Of a stretch of 64,000 nucleotides of DNA, positions 43,601 to 53,282 are shown piece after piece (position 1 is the first letter of the stretch; every line of letters starts with the position of its first letter). The stretch is from Andalucia godoyi And28 (taxonomy: Eukaryota; Protista; Jakobida). The stretch lies in contig VRVR01000005.1 in assembly GCA_009859145.1 (NCBI GenBank), positions 153,448-217,447 on the forward strand. Reading direction: 5' to 3'. The notes beneath the pieces are model-generated. The model did not search any database. It saw nothing but the letters and a program-made list of their open reading frames with translations, and was not told where the DNA came from. Position numbers and translations under genes: made by a program.

Positions 43601-46600
43601 TTGGAAGAACATCTTCGATTCCGACTGGAGTTGTTTCTGAATATCTGGAGCAGAAAAGATGGATTCCAAGTACAGCCAGTTTCGCTGGCACGTCATCAGT
43701 TCTTCGAGTGTTTCGGACATCAAGCGCAAATCCGAATACCATTGATCCACTTGCTTCTTGATAGGACCCACATATCGGCTTCCTTGGATTGTTGCAATGG
43801 TTAGGGAGCTGTCTTCAAGTTGCGCAATAATTTCGTCCACTCCTCCCAATATATACACATCTCTTGAGTCCTTGTGCGGCAAAAGCGTAAATTCGGTATT
43901 CTGCCACTGTGTCGCCACCTTCTTCAGCAACTCTTCGAGGGCGGCTTCTTGCGTAGCCATGAGAGAAATTTGGCCGACTTCATCCTTCTTCTCGAAAACC
44001 CGGAGAGCAAACAGTTCGCCAAGAGTCATCTCTGGTTGGAATTCAAATCCACCAAAGAGAGTCGTGATTTGTTCCCAGTGACGAGGCTTCAAACTTTCGT
44101 TTCTGAGATCTATTAAGACAGGCAAAGACCACTTAAATTCATCGACCCGCTCTTTCAACACAGGAACCACTCTGTTGTCCGGCAATCCCTTCTGCACTTG
44201 GAACACAGTCTTCACATATCGCTGGGTTTCGTTGCTCACGTCCTCCATGTTGATCTTGAAGAACTTCGAAGACTTCCAGCTCGTCACGAGACTTGACCAA
44301 TCATCAAGAGATTTGAATAATTTCTGTTTGAGGTTAACCTCGACAAGTGCCTCATCCACATCATCGAAATTCGCAAGAGGTCGGTTAAACATGGCTTGGT
44401 GTTCAACAAACTGCTTGGACTTCTTCTTGATGTCCGTAAGCACACGCTGCAAATTAGTGACAAACGACAGAGCATCTGCAACAGGAACCAGGGGATCGTT
44501 GAGCTTCTCGGAGCGAGATTGTTCAACTGTGCGGACGACATCCTTGCGTGTACTGGCAATCGTATCTTCAAGATTGTCTGCGAACTTGTTGATATTGTCG
44601 TCTTTGGTGTCTTCGCAGAACTGAAGGGTTGTCTTCAGCATCGAAAACTTGGGGACCGTACCCATGTTGTACATCGAATACTCATCGGGCGGGACCTTAA
44701 TTTTCTGTTCTTCCATCAACGAGTAAATATCAGAAACGGCCTGGAACTTCATCTCAAACTCTTCCATCTTCTCAGAGACAGTCTGCAGGAATGAAAGATA
44801 GTTGACAAACTCTTCAGTGGACGAAGGCGCAGTGCTCAATCGCATGTTTGACTGACTGATTTCCGCCAGCAACGCCTCATTCTTGGATTTTGCAAGGACA
44901 GGTAACAAATCCTGAATGTCCTTCAAGCAATTAATCGGAGAAGGAAGGAAAGTCTCCTTCATCTTGGTGCTGTCAACATGGAACACTCCAATATCCTTGC
45001 GGGGCTCAATACCCTCAATCTCCTCCTTTTGCTTACGATACTTGGCCATTGCGTCAGAAAAGAACTCTAGCGGATGGTCCTCCTCTCTTATGCGATAGAT
45101 GTCCATTTTTCGATTTTCCAGATACAAAATTCGGAACCTTTCAAATGCCTCCATGTACTTCTCGACATCTTGGAAAGCGGAGCCCAGAGTGTCTCGAATG
45201 CCAACGGCCAGTTCAGCATAGTGCTCATCTTCAGCGATCAGCGCTGCAACATCTGGTCCTTCACCAACCTCGACATCTTCGCCACGGTCGGAAATCGCCG
45301 GCAAAATAAACGGCTGGAAATCGTCGTGCGACGAAAGTCGAGGAACGGCGGCGACGGATTCGATAAACGACTTCAAAACAGTCTCCATTGCCGTTTGGAA
45401 GCTATTACCCGTTGGATTGCACGAAAGAGCGTCATCGCGAAATACCAGCTCGATCGAAAACAATGAACTCATAGAGCTCGCCGCCTTGAAGGTCTCCATC
45501 ACAGAGGAAGAAGAGGCAGACGAGGAAGAGGAGGAGGCATGATCCACATCGGAAATCTGTGCGGTAAAATGGTGTCTTGTGTGCAGGTCCGTTATCTGAT
45601 GGAACATATCTGAAACAGACGTAAGCAAAAGATTCAACAGCGAATCCACCACAAGAAAATCCGCCAAACGAATAAAGCTAAAAAGACGACGGCATTTCGC
45701 CCTTTTCGCAGAAAGTTGCGTGTACGACATGGGTGCACTTTCTTCTCCCATTGCATGACTGCTCGTTGCATTGTTATTCAGTGTTTGACCGGTGACACTG
45801 CTACCACTGGTTGCACTTGTATCGCGCTCCATGAACTGCTCACAAGCTTCACGAACAACGACTCGTATCTGTTCGACTGCTTTTTCCAACTTTTGCGCCA
45901 CGGACTCCTTCTGATTGTGCTGGGATGTCAAAAACGTGGTCAGCGTAAAAGTCTCCGATTTTGACATCTTGTACAGACGCAGCGTGGAAAGCTTGTAGCA
46001 AGACTTTCGCACCTCCAACAACGCCTTTCGGAGACAGTCGTCGAGCACAAACAAATTGGCGCTAAGAACAGAATTGCAGTACGCTCTCTTCTTTGATCGA
46101 ATCCACGACTTCCAAACGTAGAAGGACTTCCACCGACGGTACTGCGCGAAGAACGAGATACTCAGCACGCGATGGAACAACCTGTATTCACGTTCCCACT
46201 GGTCTAGAGGAGTGAACTCTGCTTCTCCACCAACAAAGTGGGTGACACCCTTTCCGGACAACGTAAAGTAATCGCGACCTTGAATCTCTGAATACGGAAC
46301 AATTTCCAGATCGTATGGATTGTACGGGGCCTTAATATCGCGAAAAACAGGCCTTAGATACACGAATTCCAGGGAATCCTGAGAGTTTCTGATTTTTTCA
46401 ATGAATTTCAGAACGGGATTGCTGTCCATTTGCGGCATCGCACCCAGGGAAATATTATCCATCAGCATGGGAGTCGCCACGCCAAGACCCGCATTTTGCA
46501 GCTTACCGCTGCGCAGAGGTGCACCAAGCCCAGGTCGAGACACGGCAGATGAAGCGCTTGCACCAAGAATTTGCTCGACTTCAGCACGCGGCGCAATCTT

Positions 46601-46843
46601 TTGGGCTTTCGCAGGAGGAAGATCTCTGGAAGAGGATGCATTCTTCCCTTTCTTTTCTGTATTCAACACAGAGCCTGCATGCGCACGCTTCATGGGAAGC
46701 TGAATCGCATCATTGGGAATCGTTCCTGCGAAGGCAAGCCTGTTCTCCAGTTTCTGCGAATTGGACAGCGCTGCAGAAGCCAGTTCTGTGGGAGGTCTGC
46801 GACGATCAGGACGCAATTCCTGGGGTCTGTTGTTATCCGACAT
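34637..46843 (-). CDS. DNAH6: Axonemal inner-arm dynein heavy chain, DNAH6-like
   Basis: About 4068 aa with no intron needed. P-loops [24 protein letters not shown] and [16 protein letters not shown]; C-terminal [23 protein letters not shown]. The N-terminal NPYDLEIV...[11 protein letters not shown] suggests the DNAH6 subtype (subtype less certain than family). Confidence 0.9.
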   Translation of the reverse strand: [4068 protein letters not shown]

Positions 46844-47241
46844 TGGCAAAATTGAAAAATGAAAAATCAAAAGTACAGAAAACACAGAAGGAAAAAAGAA
46901 AAGTAAACAAGGATTGAGAATTGGAAAAATCGAATATAAAAGCTACTTCATTTAACGAGGGAAACGAAGAATTTGATCTGGACAGTGGGCGGGATAGATA
47001 AACAAAGAAGAGACTAGAGAGAGATGAAACCGTCGTGGAAAAAGTGTTTTCTGCACACCGATTTTGATGCTGGATGCTTGTTGAACTTTTTTCAAACCGT
47101 TCGGCGGACCGTGGGTGTTGCTATCTGCTGTGACGCTCTGTCGACGTTTTTGAGCAAACGGAGATTTTGAAGCGGGGAGGTTGGTGTGCACATTTTTAAA
47201 CTTTATTTTTCATTCTTGTCTGGGTAGATTATTACCGAAAC

Positions 47242-48366
47242 ATGGCGACTCTCATATCTGGTGCTTCATTGCATTCTTCCGTCACAGGTGCTGATCACAT
47301 TTTTGTAGTAGGCAAAAGCACAAGCCGGTGGTTTGTCAATGCACAGCATTTGACTGCACTCCTCTCGGATGCGGTTCCTGCTGTCAAGTCTTCGGTATTT
47401 CCTGTGAAGGATGAAGCTTGGAAGGATTTCTATTTGTCAACAGCAAGACAACTGGGATTCCGTCCCGCAGATCACGATGTCGTGGTTTACACCTCGTCCG
47501 GCAGATTCATCGGGGATGAAGAAGCGCTGCTTGCATACATTCAGGCCAAGTATGGGATCGATCTTCGCGCGCTGCTACCCAATGAAGCCCTATTTTCAAA
47601 GTATGCGGCACAAAATTCAAACGTGGTACGGAGAGCAGCCAGTCTTCTCGAAATTGAACAGAAAAAGGCAGAGGAAACAAAGGTCCGCAATACTGCTCTG
47701 AAAGATGCCAAAGACTCTGCGGAATTATGCCTGAAGATTTCGCAAGAAGTGTACAGTCATCTGTGCAGTTTTTCATATCGCGATGTCGAATCATCAATTC
47801 AGCGATTGGTTCTCCCAACCGTGAAGCGAGCGGCTCTGGAGCTTGGGAACTTGGAGACTTTGCGCGAAGCAGATCTGGCTGCTCACGCAAAGGCCATGTC
47901 CGAATCCGAAGATACAGCATCCTTTAAGCCAAACAAGACACAGATCCCCAAATCAGCATTTTTCGAATATTTCGCTGGTCTGGAAGGGCTGTTGTCGGCA
48001 TCATTTGACGTTGCAAGAGCATCCATCTTGGCAACCGACCTTGGAACGACGTTGACGCTTGCATTTGTTGGAAGCGATGTCCCTGATCTTGCGGCTCTGA
48101 CGATGTTTCTTTCAGAATTTGTGTCTTTCCGACACCGGCTGCTTCGATTATGCGCTCAATTCACAGCCTCTTCAGGTTCCCAGCTGAATGTGGTTCTTCT
48201 AAAACAAGACGCAGAGGCGTCCATTTCCGAACTGTCGAAGGTCATCGACTCGTACTATGCAGCACAATCCGCTCAAGAAAAAGTGAATCAAGTCGTCATG
48301 GAGCGCATAACATCTCTTGCAAAAGCGTTGCCACCGGCGTCAATCGAATCGGAATCGGAAAGATGA
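47242..48366 (+). CDS. Probable ciliary protein with MDH1B/PPIL6-type N-terminal thioredoxin-like domain and helical C-terminus
   Basis: IFVVGKSTSRWFVNAQHL...EAWKDFY...GRFIGDEEALLAYIQAKYG parallels the MDH1B/PPIL6 N-domain. No dehydrogenase or cyclophilin domain follows. Confidence 0.55.
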   Translation: MATLISGASLHSSVTGADHIFVVGKSTSRWFVNAQHLTALLSDAVPAVKSSVFPVKDEAWKDFYLSTARQLGFRPADHDVVVYTSSGRFIGDEEALLAYIQAKYGIDLRALLPNEALFSKYAAQNSNVVRRAASLLEIEQKKAEETKVRNTALKDAKDSAELCLKISQEVYSHLCSFSYRDVESSIQRLVLPTVKRAALELGNLETLREADLAAHAKAMSESEDTASFKPNKTQIPKSAFFEYFAGLEGLLSASFDVARASILATDLGTTLTLAFVGSDVPDLAALTMFLSEFVSFRHRLLRLCAQFTASSGSQLNVVLLKQDAEASISELSKVIDSYYAAQSAQEKVNQVVMERITSLAKALPPASIESESER

Positions 48367-48467
48367 TTTAGGAATCTCTCTCTCCCCTTCTTTCTTCTCC
48401 GAGGTAGATATATTTGATTTTGCATATTGCAAGTACAGTGTCTTCAAAAATTCAAAATGGATTCAAT

Positions 48468-50114
48468 TCAAGATTGTAAATCATTCCCAAAATGACAATC
48501 AGAAAGGAGCAGTTCACACGTGCTTTTCGGATCAACTTCAAACTCTGGATAGATCGAGAAGGCGCCGATTTTGACTTGGGAAACCGAGAACTCAGTGATC
48601 TTCATTCGCACATCCGCAAAGGAGTCTGCCACAATGTGCTCGACATCAGACATATCACTCAATACGCATGAGAGGACGCAAGATAGAGAATACTCACCGC
48701 GCTTCAACTGTGTTCGTGACAGCACCGACCATGACAGCCCGGGTTCGAGAGTGACTTTTCCGGATTTGGTTTCAGAATGAACGACAGAAAACTTGTTGGA
48801 AGCAGCAAACGGAAATCGCACTTCCATGTACTCTACTGTGCACGCCGAAGGGATGCGTGCAGGAGGAGACACACGGACCACGCAGTCCAACCCTATCTTG
48901 TTGGAACCACGAATAGAGCACCGGAAATCGCAGGTCATCAGATTGAGAAATTCGTCGACTAATGATTGCTTCACACGATACTGACACAGATTAAACCGCC
49001 AAAGAACAGGACAGAAATACAGAGAAACCGCTTGTCCACGCAAGTCCACAGACTGCACACACGGATGAGTGGAGATGTCTTCCATGACTGAAGAGTCTTG
49101 CAAAGAGAGCGAAATATCAGGCATACCGTCCAGCACAGTGTCGCAGCGAACGCAAGAATGACAAGTGGCGGAGAAGCGCGATAGCCGCTTCGAAATACGT
49201 AGAACCTCTTGGATACCGAAGCAAATACTCGGCTTATTTCCTTTGAAGGCGATCGGGCGCCAAGCAGGCTGTTTAAGACTGTCTCCTTTCGGCAGAAGCT
49301 GTACAGTGTCATGCAGTACATACGCCAACTGTTCATTGTCGTAAATCAGATCTCCAAACGGCATCGCAGTGGTTACGAAAACTACAAATTGTTGCAGCAC
49401 CAACTCTACCATTGGCGAGGAGGCAAAAAGTGGGTGCCGTCCAAGCACATCCATTGCCAGAAATGCACTCTTGAATTCCATTCTGCAACAAAAAAAAATA
49501 AGAAACCAGAAATCATGAGAGAAAAAACCCAAGAACCGATCGAACTGAGAAGGAATGAACAGCAAACATACTCTTTCAGACAATCAAGATCGAAGGCCAC
49601 GCGGTTTCCGATATCACGACCAGAATCATCTAATTCAGGCGTTGCGCAAAGAAAACCACCCTGGGGTTGCACGCAAGAAAAAATACACATCATGGATGAG
49701 AAACACTCCACAGCCACCCCGAGAAGATCGAAAAGGGAAAAAAAAATCAAAAAATCAAAAAACCAAACAACATCAAGAACACATACGGTTTCTCGAAGAA
49801 CACAAACAGCGGTTCCTCGACATTGGAAAATGCAGACCTTCCAATCATAAGAACATTCTTTCACAACTTGAATAGCGTGGCTTTCGACATCAGAGGCCAA
49901 CGGTAATTGAGCCCAGGATGCACTGCTTCGTTTTGACCGAAGATCGACAGTGGAGAATTTCCTACACCAAGCCGTCAACATGTGAGAATGAAATGAACAC
50001 TGCGAACTCTATGCAATTACGGGCCGGCCCCCCCCTTTCCAAACAAACCACATACCTGGACCAAACAACGCGATAATTGGGATCCAATATCCACAGGCAT
50101 CGTAGAGACACCAT
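48468..50114 (-). CDS. AP5M1: AP-5 complex subunit mu-5; 4 exons (50114-50056, 49961-49787, 49660-49572, 49482-48468), 445 aa
   Basis: The spliced frame is continuous (1338 nt): MVSLRCLWIL...VVWSRKFSTVD, AMPFG, KQPAWRPIAFKG and EDISTHPCV match AP5M1. Three GTATGT...AG introns of 94, 126 and 89 nt. Confidence 0.85.
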
Positions 50115-50617
50115 GCTACTGCCACGAACGTTGTTTCTCGGGGAAACAAAATATAATTATAAAAAATCCAGTTGACCGGGTTACGGAACCAGAGAGGCCC
50201 ACCACTTCTGAGCAAATTAGTGTCTTCGGTTGCAGGAAACAGTTCATGCGACATCTCCAGTCGCCAGCATCACGGACAGCTTTTTTGGCGCCGCACGAAA
50301 GCATTTGGCGCGTACGAGTTGCGACTCATTTCCGCATTTTCAGGTTTCAAAGGCCTCCAGCGCGCCTCCCAGTATATCCCTTCTCAAATCTCCACGCCTT
50401 TTCACTTTTCCTTCCTCTTTTTTCCTTCTCCTTTGTTTGAATTTTAAACATTTTAAAATTATAATAATTATTTTTTTGATTTTTGATTTTAATCGACCCT
50501 ATACTTCCCCGTGCTCCTCGTATTCTCATCCCGAAGTTGATCATCAGTCTTCTTTCTCTCTTCTCTTTTTCTTTTTAAGTGTTTAAATATCAATCTGTTT
50601 CGCAAGCGTTCGACAGA

Positions 50618-51439
50618 ATGAATACGTTTGATGCAAGTGCGGGTGGGTTCATGACGAATCCGTCAACACCAGCAGGAAAACAAGGATCACAGTCGGCTTC
50701 TCCGAACAAACGTGGTGATCGTCAGGTTATGCTTCCCGTCACTTGTCGAATGTTGAGTACTGCGGTTCTGCAGCCGGACGATCACTATGCCTTTGATGGC
50801 ATTGCTCTTTCTCAGGTCACGATGGTTGCTCTTGTCGAGCACGTTGAGGAAAATGCGACGAATTGCACATACAAAGTGTCCGATGGTACGGGGTCCGTTG
50901 ATGTTCGGATCTGGATTACGCAAGATGACCAAGGGTACATCGACTCAAAGAGACACGAGTGGCGAGAAGGTGCGTATGTTCGAATTTACGGAATCGTGCG
51001 TTCTTGGCAAAAGCAGCTCTCCATCGTTGCATACCGATTGATGGTTGTTCAGGATCCGAATGAAATTACATTCCATCTTTTGGAAACGATGCATGTGTTC
51101 GCAGGAATGAAGGCGCAGGGAGCAGATCATTCTTCAGGGATGGGAAACCTCGGCGCTGCTCCAGCTGGCATGTTCTCTGGGTCGTCTGCCGGTGGACAAT
51201 CGCTGTATGGGGGTGTTCAAAGCAGCGGCACTTCCCAAGGCTCCGCAGTGTTTGAGATTGTGCAGCGATTCTCTTCGCTGCCGGCATACAAGGAGCATGG
51301 ACCATCACGCACAGATATTCAGCAGGCAATGCAGTCTCGGATGAACAGTGATCAAGTGAACAGCGCTCTCGAGTTTCTCCTCGAAGACGGCCAGTTGTTC
51401 ACGACGATCGATGATCATCATTTTAAGCTGATTCAGTAG
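50618..51439 (+). CDS. RPA2: Replication protein A 32-kDa subunit
   Basis: AGGFM N-terminus; OB fold (LPVTCRML, YKVSDGTGSVDVRIW, YVRIYG, NEITFHLLE); winged-helix end (EDGQLFTTIDDHHFK). Confidence 0.93.
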   Translation: MNTFDASAGGFMTNPSTPAGKQGSQSASPNKRGDRQVMLPVTCRMLSTAVLQPDDHYAFDGIALSQVTMVALVEHVEENATNCTYKVSDGTGSVDVRIWITQDDQGYIDSKRHEWREGAYVRIYGIVRSWQKQLSIVAYRLMVVQDPNEITFHLLETMHVFAGMKAQGADHSSGMGNLGAAPAGMFSGSSAGGQSLYGGVQSSGTSQGSAVFEIVQRFSSLPAYKEHGPSRTDIQQAMQSRMNSDQVNSALEFLLEDGQLFTTIDDHHFKLIQ

Positions 51440-51795
51440 TTTTGCAATTTGGCACTCGTTTACTGACAGCGTCTCCCGCCAATCTTCGTTTATATGCGAG
51501 TCCGTATCAATGCTGTTGGTCAGCAGAGAAAAAAATTAAGATAATCCCTTCTAATATGTACTTAAAAAATCAAACAAACAAAAAGAAAACATTCTTTACA
51601 AATTTAAAAAATAGAATCGATGGAAAATGAAAAGCTGAATAAAAAATCGCTCGAATAAGAAACCAAAACAACAACAACAACAACAACCCGCATAATCATG
51701 TCAAACAAGCCGTGTGAATTTGTTTGTTTCTTTTATACTGAGAAAATGTGCAAAAAGAAAAAAAAAGGATATGAGGGGAGGGGGAACAACTTCTT

Positions 51796-52933
51796 CTACT
51801 CGAAAGTCAACAGAACTTTGCGGCCACGGAAACCAGTCTGCGACTTCTCCAAGGCTGCAGAAAAGTCAGCAAACTTGACTCGTTCCAAGGCGAGCTTAAG
51901 CTGTCCTTTCTTGACCATTTCTGCCACCTCAGACTGCATCTTGCGGCGGTCATCTGCAGAGTGTGAGTTGTACCAGCGAGACATCCAGAAGCCTTTCACG
52001 CTGATGTTCTTGAAGATCAGCGAACTGGTGGGAATCGTAACGCCCTGTCGTCCAAGACCACCATACGTAACAAGAGAGCCATTGTCACCCAGAGCACGCG
52101 ACAAATTGGTCGCCGACGGACCTCCAACAGCGTCAAACGCAACTTTTGCTGCAGGCAGCTCGGCCAAAATCTTCTTCATTTCATGTGACGCAAAGAATTC
52201 TTCGTGAACAACCACATCAGCACCGAGAGCCTTGAGGGCATCAACAGTCTGTTCATAGTTGGGTCGATTGCGTACAACGTTGATTGTTCGGATTCCACGC
52301 GCCTTTGCGATTTGAATCACAGAGAGACCAACAGTCGAATTGGCCGCATTTTGGATGACAACATCTCCCTTTGACAAGGATGCAAAATCCGAGAGCAGGC
52401 GGTACGCCGTGCAAGGGTTCACAGACAACGTCGCTGCATATTCGACAGGAAAATCCTTGCCAAACGGAAGAGCATCCAGCGAATCTGCGCTGGCAACCAG
52501 GTGCTGTGCCCAGGTTCCGAGACCGGGCTTTGTGGGGATTACAACGTCTCCAGCCTTGAGCGTCTTGACAAGGGAGCCAACCTTTTCAACAATACCAACG
52601 CCCTCGTTTCCAGCAGTAGCGGGGAATGCGGAAGTCTTGATTCCGTAATTACCCTGGACTGCATTAAGATCGGCAGGATTGATGGGAGCGGCAACCATGC
52701 GGACAAGCACTTGAGAGTCTCCCAGAGACTTGGGTAGTTCTATGGACTCGCGTCTATTTGAAAATAATTGCAGAGGTAAAACACGCATTGTAAGAGAATA
52801 CACTGTTCCAAACGTTCATAAACCATTTCTTCAGAATGACATACTTGAGGACCACTGATGGTGCCCCATACTCCTTAAATCGGATGGCTTGAGACGAAGC
52901 AAAACGACGGAAAACAGACCTGAACTGCAACAT
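51796..52933 (-). CDS. MECR: Mitochondrial trans-2-enoyl-CoA/ACP reductase; 2 exons (52933-52845, 52753-51796), 348 aa
   Basis: Presequence-like MLQFRSVFRRFASS; AAPINPADLNAVQGNY, GNEGVG, LSVNPCTAYRLL and QNAANSTVG motifs. A 91-nt GTATGT...AG intron restores the frame. Confidence 0.93.
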
Positions 52934-52995
52934 GAAAGAGGAGACGGGGGGTTCGTACGAAGCAGAGAAACAAGGAGGAAGGGGAGGGGGAAAAG

Positions 52996-53029
<34 letters not shown>

Positions 53030-53282
53030 AATAATAATCAAACAAGAAGAAAAACACTCTTACACGCGTCTGCCTCGCAAATGCATGAAAAGAACGGTAG
53101 CGACAGATGCATGACAGCCTGTCACTATGACACCACGGACGGTTACGGCAGATATTCTAACCCCTCGGCGGTCGGGGAAAAGAATTTCGATGCGTTTTGG
53201 GCGAGAGCAGGCGACTGGCGCGCACGGAGCAACGACCAGAATAAGAATAATAAGAATAGTAATTTAAAAATAGAATGGCCCA

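Noticed and set aside
50009-50254. 81-aa minus-strand ORF that looked like a small membrane protein
   Set aside because: Overlaps AP5M1 exon 1 in another frame and runs through its GTATGT donor.
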